This document shows positions 48,624 to 58,413 of a DNA stretch of 64,000 nucleotides, piece by piece. Below the pieces are notes generated by a model that saw only the letters and a list, made by a program, of their open reading frames with translations, searched no databases and was not told the origin of the DNA. Within the stretch, counting starts at the first letter, position 1. Every line of letters starts with the position of its first letter. The DNA lies in the NCBI GenBank assembly GCA_964592525.1, contig CAZQFB010000001.1, positions 147,454 to 211,453 on the forward strand, read 5' to 3'. The position numbers and the translations under genes are program-made. Source of the DNA: an uncultured Candidatus Saccharibacteria bacterium (GTDB lineage Bacteria; Patescibacteriota; WWE3; CAZQFB01).

Positions 48624-49609
48624 AGACGTTCTTCAATAAAGATAATCTTACTGCCATCAGACTCAAAGTTATATTTGATCGGTGTTAATTCCTTGAGTTC
48701 TTCTTCAATCTGCTTATGCTTGTACCGTGGTGCATAAAGCATTAGGAAACCACCACCACCGGCTCCTAAAATTTTACCACCTAAAGCGCCTTTCTTTTTA
48801 GCCCTTTCGTACCAATCATCAATCTGGGGATTACTAATACCTCCGGCCAATTGTTTTTTCAATTGCCAATTAATATCCAATAATTGACCAAAGGTTTTCA
48901 ATGTTCCTTCTTCTAATACTAGGCGCATTTCTTCAGCTAACTGAACCATCTGTCGCAAAATTATTTTTTTGGCTCTGTCTTGTAGTGTGTTGTTTTTTTG
49001 CTCTTTTAATATTGAAGCAGAATTACGAGTGATACCTGTATAAAGGAGCAACAAATTTTCCTGCAGTCGGTTGATAGTGGGACCGGTACAAATTATGGGT
49101 TCAACAGTAACTGAATCGTCTGGATTGAAACGGATATAATTGAGGCCTCCATAAGCGGCGGCATACTGATCTTGTTTACCAATCGGTTTTTTACATAACT
49201 CTATCTCTATGTTTGAAGCTTCTTTAGCAAGGTATTCAGGCGTGGATATTTTACCCTGGTAGGCACGGAGAGCATTAAGCAGACCTACAGTATAGGTGCT
49301 TGAAGAGCCTAAGCCAGTGCCAGTTGAGGGTATATCTGAAATAGAGGTTATTTCTATGCTTTTGCTAAGATCAAGTTTGTTTAAGGCTTCTCTAATGAGT
49401 TCGTGTTTTAGATTTTTAAGTGATGCTACTATTTCCGTAATTGAATAGGAAGCTCTAATTTGATCATCAAACTTTTTATTTACAGCAATGTAAATATATT
49501 TATTGATGGTAGTTGAAACCACAGCCCCATAACTATCTTTGTAGAATGCTTTCAGGTCACTCCCCCCGCCCACAAAACTTAATCTTAGAGGTGTTTTTGA
49601 GATTACCAC
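48620..49609 (-). CDS. GHMP-family sugar kinase, probable D-glycero-D-manno-heptose 7-phosphate kinase (HddA-like)
   Basis: SKTPLRLSFVGGGSDL N-term, PSTGTGLGSSS GHMP motif; 4-nt overlap with gmhA. Confidence 0.6.
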   Translation of the reverse strand: MVISKTPLRLSFVGGGSDLKAFYKDSYGAVVSTTINKYIYIAVNKKFDDQIRASYSITEIVASLKNLKHELIREALNKLDLSKSIEITSISDIPSTGTGLGSSSTYTVGLLNALRAYQGKISTPEYLAKEASNIEIELCKKPIGKQDQYAAAYGGLNYIRFNPDDSVTVEPIICTGPTINRLQENLLLLYTGITRNSASILKEQKNNTLQDRAKKIILRQMVQLAEEMRLVLEEGTLKTFGQLLDINWQLKKQLAGGISNPQIDDWYERAKKKGALGGKILGAGGGGFLMLYAPRYKHKQIEEELKELTPIKYNFESDGSKIIFIEERL

Positions 49610-49688
49610 GTCATATTGTGCGTCTTAATGTGTTGTATCATACCCTGATAATTAGTTGTTTTCTAGTCTTTGTATTTTTAATGATTAG

Positions 49689-50465
49689 TTGTATAGTGAC
49701 TTTGATACCAAGATGCTAAATGGAAAATATAACCGTGCGTGTGTAATTATTCCCACGTATAACGAAGTAGATAATATTGAACAACTTATTCATGATATTG
49801 CTGCTGTTGCTGTGGGTATTAATATAATTGTGGTTGATGACAATTCTCCCGATGGCACCAGTGCGGTTGTTTCATCACTTCAAAAGTGTTATCCCCATTT
49901 ATATTTAATCAGCCGGAGTGGAAAAGCTGGACGTGGCGGGGCGGTAATAGAAGGCATCAGAAGGGCAATGAATTTAAAGGCGGACTATATATTAGAGATG
50001 GATGCTGACTTTTCGCATGATCCAAAAGATATCATTAGATTTTTGGATATTATCCAAGATGGCTATGATGTGGTTGTAGGATCTAAACACCTTAGAAATA
50101 GTAAGATTGTTGGTTGGGACTGGAAAAGAAAATATTTGAGTCTGTGCGGCAACTTATTTGCCAGACTGATGCTTGGGGTTCCTCTTTGTGATTACACTAA
50201 TGGTTTTCGCTGTTATACCCGTAAGTCTTTAGAAGCAATTAATTTTGAGCAGGTTCATGCTACTGGTTATGTTGTTCTTTCGGAAATGATTTATCAATTA
50301 CATCATCTGGGTTATAGAATAAAAGAAGTCCCTATTGTCTTTGTTAATCGAAGACGCGGTTTGTCCAATCTGACTTTGGCTGAAGTGACTGGCGCTTTTA
50401 AAACCATTGTGGCTATAAAAAAGAAAGAGATTCTTACTCGATTTCATGAGATTTTTAAACATTAA
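49689..50465 (+). CDS. GT2 polyprenyl-phosphate mannosyltransferase-like (Dpm1-like)
   Basis: ACVIIPTYNEVDNIEQLI, VVDDNSPDGTS, DADFSHDP. Confidence 0.8.
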   Translation: MYSDFDTKMLNGKYNRACVIIPTYNEVDNIEQLIHDIAAVAVGINIIVVDDNSPDGTSAVVSSLQKCYPHLYLISRSGKAGRGGAVIEGIRRAMNLKADYILEMDADFSHDPKDIIRFLDIIQDGYDVVVGSKHLRNSKIVGWDWKRKYLSLCGNLFARLMLGVPLCDYTNGFRCYTRKSLEAINFEQVHATGYVVLSEMIYQLHHLGYRIKEVPIVFVNRRRGLSNLTLAEVTGAFKTIVAIKKKEILTRFHEIFKH

Positions 50466-53400
50466 GATACTTTCTAAATACCTTGCCCCAGCTAAGGCTT
50501 TGGCAACTAAGTTTGTTCATTCAAGGTGGTTTATTTTTCTCACACTTTTTTTTCTAATCCTCATTTTTTATTGGTCTTTCACAGCGGGGGTAATGTATCC
50601 AGCCCAAGATGGTGCTTTGCCAATTAGTTATTATGCCCATTTATACACCGGTTATTTAAATTATGGGGAATATTTCCTAACCAACACCTTTTCGTATACA
50701 GAAGATTTAATCACTAGCTATGTTTTTATGGGTGCTTCTCCCTTTGACCCAGTTTTGAGAGTGTGGTTCTTTATCAGTCAGTTACTTAATCTGTCCGTAT
50801 TAACCTCCTTTTGGTGGTATCTCATTATTTACATTACGTTCGGTACTATTGCCGTATATATTCTAGGGGAGACGCTTCTTTTTAAAAATAAAAGTTCTTC
50901 TTTTTATTTAGCTGTTGTTTTCTCTATGTCAGGATATTTTGTCTCCAGCACTTCTATTCCCAGCTTTATTATTCCTTTTGCTTGGCTACCAGTAATTCTT
51001 TTATTATCCTTGTCTTGTTTTAAGTACCAGCGCTTGGGAGATTATTATTTGTTGTCTTTGGGGCTATCCATACTAATTACCACCTATATTACTTTGGGAA
51101 TTGGTATTAGCCTCTATTGTTTTCTTTTTATTCTTCCCTTTTTGTTAAATTACTGGCTTAACTACAAAAATAGAAGAGCGCTACTTTTTAAAAGGCTTGT
51201 GTTTTTTGGAGGGCTTTCGCTGTTTTTTAACTCGGTGATATTCCTGGTTTATATTAGATATCTAAATGGAAGTATTCGTTGGTTGCAGGATTTAAAATGT
51301 TTCTATGTGGGTATTCCCCCTCAAATATTAAGTTCCAATCGGTTTATTGATTGGCAATGGCTGTTTAATATTTTTATGCCCAGTGATTTGTTAGCTACTT
51401 GGAATGGGTATGGAAATGGTAGTCTGTGGATCAATAGTTTTTACTATCTAGGAATAGCCTCTTTTATTTTGGCCTGTTTGGGAATTGTGGTGTTAGGTAA
51501 CAGAAAAAGGTATCGTTTGTTTGCTACAGGTTTATTGATAGCAACAATGTTCGCCTTTTTCTACGCCCAAGGACATCCCTTACCGAGAATGATTCCTTTT
51601 TTTAATACCCTCACAAAGTATCCCCATTTTTCTAGACCACTTATTATTTTTAGTGCTCTATTGCTATCCGCTTTTGGGTTTAATGAGCTTTTTGTAGCCA
51701 AGAATAAAGTGATCAAAGACTTGAAAGTATTATCGCTAAAATATTTTCCAGCGTTGCTTATTTTGGCCGCACTGTTTCTACTCCTGGTTCATTTATCCGT
51801 TGGTGCTAAATCCAAACCAGACGAAATTGTGTACTCTCTTTCTTATATCTTTATTTTGGGTATCTTATACGTGGTAGCTATGGTATCTAAGCGTAAGAAG
51901 TTATTTTTATCTTTACTGCTTTTTGATTTATTCTTTTTTCTCTCATCCAGTATTCCTCTGGTTGATTACCCACATAAGAGAACACTTGCCAGTATTACGG
52001 CCGTGTTTCTAAATAGTGATCGGTCGTTTAAGATTCCTCAGCTTCAAGAATATTCTGTAACAAAACCATTTCCTGGTATGCATTTTGGAGCTAGTGCTGT
52101 CTATAGTAGGCAAAGTCATCTTCCCTCACCCGAAACTGGTTTTATGTTGCTTAGGCGAACGGCTTTAAGTAACAAAGAGATTAATGATACTTTTATAAGT
52201 GGTAAACAGCGTTTCAACGCCTTGTCTATGCTGGGGGTTTCTAAGACAAGGTATTTTGTTGCACCTGCTGCTCTTATGGTAGATCAATACGAGGATCTTT
52301 ATCCAAAACTTAGTCTTCTTTATGAAGAATTAGACCGCGAAAAGCCTTGGCAAGGGGCGGAACCAGTTGTTGTTGTGGGTAATGACCATCCTTTGCTGGC
52401 AAAGGTGTCGGGTGAGTATGGGCTAAGCGATACAAAGGTAACAATTCATACTGATTATGAGGAATATTTATCTTCATTTTCTAGAGATAACCAGCGCACT
52501 CAAGTTACTTTAGAAAAAGAATACTTGGTGGATGTGGGTCGGGGTGTTTATAAGTTTACAGGGGAACTTCCTGTGGCGCAGGAAATTGTGACTGAAGGTA
52601 TTTCCGCTGAGCGCTTATGCCTTTTAGTTGAGGATGCTGGTGGTAATTACTATTATCCCTTAAGTGGGGATATCTTTAATTTTGATGAGTCGCCTCCAGA
52701 GGGGGAGCCCGCCAATAAAAAGTATATGGTACCTAATAATTATTTTTACGCTTCTTACTTAGAGACTGACGGAGAAGCATCTTTTTTTATCAGAAGACCA
52801 ACCAACCAACCTGGTCTGGATTTAGAAGACTTAATCTTGTTTATCAAAGATCCCTGTTATAGTCCATTTACTGGTAGTGACGACTTAAGAGAGGAAAAAG
52901 TGGTTATTCCTTCAAGTGATTTTGTTTTTGAAAAAGATTTTAAGAACACTGTACTCGCCTATTATACTGGGGTATTGACGAATACAGAGTTACCTTCTTA
53001 TTTTGGCAAAAGTTTTAATAGGGTAACAGTAACTGATTTAGAGGGAAGAAAAATTGATTGGTTTGAAGAGCATAGTAATCAGGAAGCCAGTTTTGAACTA
53101 GAAGACCAGGTTTTGAGAATCCTCTTAGATTATTACGCAAATCCGGTTATTGCGAGTCCTATTCAGGTAAATTTTAGTGTTATTGACAAAAAACCCTATC
53201 CACCGGAAATAGAAATTGTTAATGAAACGCCGGATCAAGTATTACTCAAAGTACGTTCTGAAGAACCATCAATAGTTGTTGCCCGTCGGGTGTTTGAACC
53301 TGATTGGAAAGTTTTTGTTGATGGTGAAAAAGAGAAGGTCTTTTCTGTAAATGGGTTGTATCTTGGTGTAGAAATGCCTGCGGGTGATCATGAAATCAAG

Positions 53401-53520
53401 TTTGAGTATAAGCCTTTTTGGTTGGGGTTTATGAAAGAGTTAGTGCCAGTGTACGCTATTGTGATTCCCGTGTTAATTCTTATACTTCGCGGTAGAAGCC
53501 ACCGCGAGCAGGATTCTTGA
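50446..53520 (+). CDS. YfhO-family (GT-C) membrane glycosyltransferase-like protein
   Basis: 1024 aa; multi-TM N-terminal half; C-terminus VARRVFEPDWKVFVDGEKEKVFSVNGLYLGVEMPAGDHEIKFEYKP plus final TM matches YfhO C-terminal signature. Confidence 0.6.
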   Translation: MRFLNIKILSKYLAPAKALATKFVHSRWFIFLTLFFLILIFYWSFTAGVMYPAQDGALPISYYAHLYTGYLNYGEYFLTNTFSYTEDLITSYVFMGASPFDPVLRVWFFISQLLNLSVLTSFWWYLIIYITFGTIAVYILGETLLFKNKSSSFYLAVVFSMSGYFVSSTSIPSFIIPFAWLPVILLLSLSCFKYQRLGDYYLLSLGLSILITTYITLGIGISLYCFLFILPFLLNYWLNYKNRRALLFKRLVFFGGLSLFFNSVIFLVYIRYLNGSIRWLQDLKCFYVGIPPQILSSNRFIDWQWLFNIFMPSDLLATWNGYGNGSLWINSFYYLGIASFILACLGIVVLGNRKRYRLFATGLLIATMFAFFYAQGHPLPRMIPFFNTLTKYPHFSRPLIIFSALLLSAFGFNELFVAKNKVIKDLKVLSLKYFPALLILAALFLLLVHLSVGAKSKPDEIVYSLSYIFILGILYVVAMVSKRKKLFLSLLLFDLFFFLSSSIPLVDYPHKRTLASITAVFLNSDRSFKIPQLQEYSVTKPFPGMHFGASAVYSRQSHLPSPETGFMLLRRTALSNKEINDTFISGKQRFNALSMLGVSKTRYFVAPAALMVDQYEDLYPKLSLLYEELDREKPWQGAEPVVVVGNDHPLLAKVSGEYGLSDTKVTIHTDYEEYLSSFSRDNQRTQVTLEKEYLVDVGRGVYKFTGELPVAQEIVTEGISAERLCLLVEDAGGNYYYPLSGDIFNFDESPPEGEPANKKYMVPNNYFYASYLETDGEASFFIRRPTNQPGLDLEDLILFIKDPCYSPFTGSDDLREEKVVIPSSDFVFEKDFKNTVLAYYTGVLTNTELPSYFGKSFNRVTVTDLEGRKIDWFEEHSNQEASFELEDQVLRILLDYYANPVIASPIQVNFSVIDKKPYPPEIEIVNETPDQVLLKVRSEEPSIVVARRVFEPDWKVFVDGEKEKVFSVNGLYLGVEMPAGDHEIKFEYKPFWLGFMKELVPVYAIVIPVLILILRGRSHREQDS

Positions 53521-53576
53521 TTCAACTCTCCTCATCTGTAATAGGATGGATACAAAGTAATCACCACTAATAATAT

Positions 53577-55742
53577 TTATGCCTTTGGTAGAATTTGGTT
53601 GCTCCTCTCAAGTTTAAGAACGCTCATTATTATAAGGGTAAACAAACTAAGGGCTAATAAAAAGCAGAGCCACACAATGTCTGATTTATGATTAAATTCA
53701 ATGAATATTCCCGAGAGAAAATAAAGCTCCAAGGACATGAAAAAAAAGTAACTAAATAATAGAAATAACTTAACTTTTGTTGACTTTGCGGTCATCTCTC
53801 TAACGATTATTCCTAGTATTAAAGGGATGATAAGGGGATAAATAGCAGAAAAGATGCCATAAGAAGTACCTGAATATACAAGTAAAAACAAGGCAAGGGG
53901 TGTGAGTATAAACCATAGTGCTTGTCTGTATTTAACATTGCTAATTACGTTTTTGGTTTTAAGAATGAAGAATATGGCTAATACGGGAGTAATTGCAAAG
54001 ACTAGTGATCTACTTAGTAAATTTCTAAAGTAAGCAAGGGATGTAAAATTTTCATGATAAGTGAGAGTGTAATCGGGAAGGAAAAGGTTTATCAAATTGA
54101 ATATTTTATCTGCAATAAATTGTTTTGGAATATTACTAAGACTTTGGGCATAGATATTGCTTGATAAGGATCCGCTAACTAAGTAATTGTTAGAGAAGGT
54201 AGTCCAAAGAATAAAGGTAATAATAGAAGGTGAGAAACTTATTATATACCCATAAATTATATTATTGATTCCCTTTAATCTAGATAAGTAGTAAATGCCC
54301 ACAGAAGCAATAATTATCATTGCCAAGGGGTGAATGAATAGAGACATAGCAAGGAGTAACCCGATAATGTAAAACGGAATATGTGGTCTCTTTAGAATAG
54401 CTAACGCTAGGATTGCTGGATAAAAAGCTATATATTTTAAGTGGACTTCAGTTGAAAAAGCCATAAATAGAAAAGGTACATTCATAAGCATTAATAGGCT
54501 CACTTTTTTGGCGGTGTTTGTATTAAGGTACCTTTTAATCAAAATGTAAACGGAACAAAAATATAATGATACCAATACATTAGTGAAACGTTGGTAAATA
54601 AAATGACTTTCACCAAACATTTTAAGTATAGGTGCGGTAATCAGGGCTAACATTGGTGTGCGGTCAAAAATTGAAGCTTTTTCGTGACCCAAAAGGTAAT
54701 ATTCAGTTTCTTCAGAATCTAATTCAACCCGATTTAAAATGATTCTCGCAATGCCCCAACTGCGTGTATTATCAATATGGTAACCGTAGTAACCACCACC
54801 CCTACAATCCGGTGGATATTTTTGCTCAACTAAATACTGTTCAATATATGGTAAATTGACAAGAAAATCTCGTTGAGCTTGTACCACTGTTGATACCAAG
54901 GTGGCTATAATAGTGATGAATAAAATAAACTTTAACTCCCCCAGATTTTTATAAAGCCTATCTTTTAAGAAAGCATATCCTGCTAATATGAACAGTAAGA
55001 AAGGGATATAGAGCGCCAACTCAATACCTAGAAAATAATAGACCATCGCTGAAACGGCAAGGATAGATAAGAATATTACCGGACCGAAAGCCAACTTATT
55101 CTCTGGACTGATGTTTCTTCTTCTATATTGTTGCATGAGTTGTGCTAGACCGTAACCCGAGACATAGACTAAAATGTAGAATATTGCGGAGTAAATGATG
55201 TAAAAAGGGAAAGACTCATTATGTCTGCTCACATAGTCTTTCATCGCAAAGAGGAAGTTTACTTGTTTTCTCTCTAGTAAGTTAAAGTTTTTGATCGCTA
55301 CGGCATTATCAAAAGCAGCTTTATGTAAGATAATTTCTATTTTTTTTGTTTCAAGTTCTTCCTGTAAGGTTTTACGGAATGATGATTTTCGATTACCTCT
55401 AACTACTTCTATGTAAGATGACCCAAACTCGGTTTCTGCTATAACATCAAAATCTTCAGCTAAATATGAAGAGGTATTATGAAAGTTGCCTGGGAAGTAA
55501 AACTCTACCCCAGAAATATTAAGTGGTTTGCTCAAAAGTATTTCTATTTTTTGGGGGGTGCTTCTCGTTATGTTTGTTACGACTAAAGCATTTGGTTCTG
55601 TAAGATTGCTAAATATTTCTTTAGGTTCGGAAAAGAGTTTAGTTGCTTCACTAGATAGCTGGTAGATGGTTGTTTGACCAAATAATAATGTCAAAAAAAT
55701 AAGTGTAGCTAAGATAAGGGCGAAGTAATATTTTCTAATCAT
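53577..55742 (-). CDS. large polytopic membrane protein (extracytoplasmic N-domain + >12 TM), putative glycan polymerase/GT-C
   Basis: 721 aa; hydropathy only. Confidence 0.4.
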   Translation of the reverse strand: MIRKYYFALILATLIFLTLLFGQTTIYQLSSEATKLFSEPKEIFSNLTEPNALVVTNITRSTPQKIEILLSKPLNISGVEFYFPGNFHNTSSYLAEDFDVIAETEFGSSYIEVVRGNRKSSFRKTLQEELETKKIEIILHKAAFDNAVAIKNFNLLERKQVNFLFAMKDYVSRHNESFPFYIIYSAIFYILVYVSGYGLAQLMQQYRRRNISPENKLAFGPVIFLSILAVSAMVYYFLGIELALYIPFLLFILAGYAFLKDRLYKNLGELKFILFITIIATLVSTVVQAQRDFLVNLPYIEQYLVEQKYPPDCRGGGYYGYHIDNTRSWGIARIILNRVELDSEETEYYLLGHEKASIFDRTPMLALITAPILKMFGESHFIYQRFTNVLVSLYFCSVYILIKRYLNTNTAKKVSLLMLMNVPFLFMAFSTEVHLKYIAFYPAILALAILKRPHIPFYIIGLLLAMSLFIHPLAMIIIASVGIYYLSRLKGINNIIYGYIISFSPSIITFILWTTFSNNYLVSGSLSSNIYAQSLSNIPKQFIADKIFNLINLFLPDYTLTYHENFTSLAYFRNLLSRSLVFAITPVLAIFFILKTKNVISNVKYRQALWFILTPLALFLLVYSGTSYGIFSAIYPLIIPLILGIIVREMTAKSTKVKLFLLFSYFFFMSLELYFLSGIFIEFNHKSDIVWLCFLLALSLFTLIIMSVLKLERSNQILPKA

Positions 55743-56680
55743 AATTTTATCCCAATTACCTTGTGCATCGGATTTAGAAAACCCACCTCATTGATTATGC
55801 GAGAGAATAGTGGTTTCAATTTTTTTGGTATATATTCCAGAACTAGTGGTACTTCGTATTTGTCTACTATTACTTTTCTGAACCCTGCTTGGCTATGAAT
55901 ATTCGCTATTGTGCTTGCAAGGAAAGACATTTCGTAACCATAGCGCATATGCTTAGCCTTGAGTACTTTGATATGAATAAATTCAAAGATCTCCTTTATT
56001 ATACTTACATTTGGCACATTCCCCCACAATTGTCTATAGGTGAGACTGCCAAGATTTAGAGCTGGCACAGTATTAAAAGAGATTCCACCTGGTCGCAATA
56101 ATCTATAAATTTCATTGACACTTTCTCTTGTGTTTTTAAAGTGTTCAATTACCCCTCCACCGAAAATGATATCTACAGAGTTATTTTTGAGAGGAATATG
56201 TCGTATATCCTCCAAAATCAAAATGTAATTCTTGATCTTTTTTTCATTAAGCAACTGCTCTGCTGTTTTTATGGCTTCTAAAGAATAATCTACACCAATA
56301 ACCAGTTGACATTCAGGTGCTATTTTTTGCCCAAAGAACATCTCGCCACACCCTAGTTCTAAGAAAATACTGTCTTTAACCTCTCTTGCTTGTTCGATTT
56401 GTTTTCTTAAAAGAACATACTCGTTTGCATAATAATTATTCTTGGATAGGGAAAGGCTTTTTGAATTTTTTTTGTAGTAGTTATCCCATGATTTTCTGTT
56501 TATTAAGTCCTGGTTTGGTAGGTTGAGCTTTTTATTAATCAGACAATTTCCCTCAATCAAATACTCGTTATGGCAGCTTGGGCAATAATAGTTGTCTTTT
56601 CCCAGAACTAATGCTTTGGCGCAAATTGAGCAAAATAAATTGTTTATTAAAAAATTTTGTACTAACCGAGAAGTGCTCAT
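55739..56680 (-). CDS. SAM-dependent methyltransferase with N-terminal zinc ribbon
   Basis: CSIC...CPSC ribbon; FLELGCGEMFFG; strongly similar to 45316..46305 product. Confidence 0.7.
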   Translation of the reverse strand: MSTSRLVQNFLINNLFCSICAKALVLGKDNYYCPSCHNEYLIEGNCLINKKLNLPNQDLINRKSWDNYYKKNSKSLSLSKNNYYANEYVLLRKQIEQAREVKDSIFLELGCGEMFFGQKIAPECQLVIGVDYSLEAIKTAEQLLNEKKIKNYILILEDIRHIPLKNNSVDIIFGGGVIEHFKNTRESVNEIYRLLRPGGISFNTVPALNLGSLTYRQLWGNVPNVSIIKEIFEFIHIKVLKAKHMRYGYEMSFLASTIANIHSQAGFRKVIVDKYEVPLVLEYIPKKLKPLFSRIINEVGFLNPMHKVIGIKL

Positions 56681-57837
56681 AGGTAATGAAATGTTTCTAT
56701 AAGCGCCTTATTAAATACCTTTTCCCAACTATATTCAGAAATCATCATAACCGCATTCTTTGAATATTCCTTAGTTAAATATATATCTTTTAAGAGGTTT
56801 TCAATTGCTTCAGCGAATTCAGCAACTTTGTATTTAGCTACAATACCTGCTTTATTTATTTTAATTTCTTCTGCAATTGAAGGTACGGGAGTAATTATTA
56901 CTGGTAAGCCACAAGCTAAATAGACCTTAACCTTACCCACATCGGAGTAATTACTATAACTATCTGGATCTGGTACGTAGGGTGCTACGGCAATAAAGCT
57001 ACGTGAAATCCTATTTTCAAGCTCGCTGTGTTTGTTAATGAAACCCGTGAATTCAACCCGATCCTCTATTGATAGGCTTTTCGCCAGGCTTATTAACTGC
57101 TCTTTGAGTTCTCCTCGTCCAATTATTATTAACTTACTTTGCGGAAAGTGTTTGTTGACCTGTGAAAAAGCTTTAATGAGTAGGGGGATTCCTTTACCTT
57201 TAACTAAATTTCCCATAAACACGATCTCCCATCTGTTTCTTTCTTCCACCGGAAGCCTTTTTATTTGATTGAAATGACAGCCATCCGGTACTGTTATCTG
57301 TTTAGCTGTTTTTTGGGGATCAACACCTCTTATTGAGCGCATTTTAGCCATTATAGAGGCACTGTTCCAGATTAGATTGCAATGATAACAGCAAAATTTG
57401 TCTAGTTGGTGATAGATATAGTTTAACAGCCTATTGTTAAATCTGTTTGGTGTATAGTCTACAGTCATGTAAATAACCTGTTTTACATAACCCAGGCGTT
57501 TAAGTAATAGTGCACTAAAAGTATTCAAATTATCCGCTGATATACAGTAATCATACTTTAAGCCTAATTTGATAACTAAATATACGGTAGCTAAAACATC
57601 TTTTAGGTAATAGATTAAGTCTGGTCCCTTAATGGTTATTATTGATTTCTTTGTTTTCAGTACCCCTTTTTCGTAGTGATGCAAGGTAGTATTTTTCTCT
57701 TCGGCATATGAGAAGGGGTGATTAATAAACACAGTGTGATAGGTTTTATCCTTTAGGAAATTAACTAGTTCATAGGCAGGTCCTGCGGGTATTGGCGCAT
57801 GATTTATAACCAGAAAATTTTTATTGGTTAGATTCAT
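56677..57837 (-). CDS. GT4 family glycosyltransferase
   Basis: IVFMGNLVKGKGIPLLI..., VYLACGLPVIITP. Confidence 0.7.
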   Translation of the reverse strand: MNLTNKNFLVINHAPIPAGPAYELVNFLKDKTYHTVFINHPFSYAEEKNTTLHHYEKGVLKTKKSIITIKGPDLIYYLKDVLATVYLVIKLGLKYDYCISADNLNTFSALLLKRLGYVKQVIYMTVDYTPNRFNNRLLNYIYHQLDKFCCYHCNLIWNSASIMAKMRSIRGVDPQKTAKQITVPDGCHFNQIKRLPVEERNRWEIVFMGNLVKGKGIPLLIKAFSQVNKHFPQSKLIIIGRGELKEQLISLAKSLSIEDRVEFTGFINKHSELENRISRSFIAVAPYVPDPDSYSNYSDVGKVKVYLACGLPVIITPVPSIAEEIKINKAGIVAKYKVAEFAEAIENLLKDIYLTKEYSKNAVMMISEYSWEKVFNKALIETFHYL

Positions 57838-57840
57838 TAA

Positions 57841-58413
57841 CTAATTAAGTATTTTAACTATTTTAGCGGGATTACCTGCAGCAATGGTGTTAGATGGTAC
57901 ATGGTGTGTGACTACGGCTCCTCCGGCAATAATTGAACCATTACCGATAGAAACACCCTTAAATATCATTGCGCGCCGCCCAATCCACACATCATTGCCA
58001 ATAGTTATTTTTTTACTCAAGAGCTCTAATTGTATAGATTCTTTAAGTTCTCTTCTACGCTTTTTATAGTTTAGGGAGTGGTTATTATGATCCTCAATGT
58101 AAACGTCAGAAGCAATATTACAATAATCTCCGATTTTGATTTTATCAGCAGCTCTTATAATTGTTCTAGGATGAATGATTGTGTTCTGACCGACATCAAT
58201 TTTACCTTTTCCATGAGTTATTAGCCATCCTTTGATTTGAGTGTTTTTGCCAATAGTAATGCGACTTTTTTCCCCCGTTTCGTTTATCACCCCACCCCCC
58301 AGAAAGAACCTTACACCCTCACCATACCTGCATTTATTTCTTGCCAGCGTGTATTTAACTAAAGTACCGCCAATATTAAAACAGAGAAAATGAAATATTT
58401 TATAAGGATTCAT
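57841..58413 (-). CDS. hexapeptide-repeat (LbH) acetyltransferase
   Basis: IGNDVWIGRRAMIFKGVSIGNGSIIAGGAVVTHHVPSNTIAAGNPAKIV. Confidence 0.75.
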   Translation of the reverse strand: MNPYKIFHFLCFNIGGTLVKYTLARNKCRYGEGVRFFLGGGVINETGEKSRITIGKNTQIKGWLITHGKGKIDVGQNTIIHPRTIIRAADKIKIGDYCNIASDVYIEDHNNHSLNYKKRRRELKESIQLELLSKKITIGNDVWIGRRAMIFKGVSIGNGSIIAGGAVVTHHVPSNTIAAGNPAKIVKILN

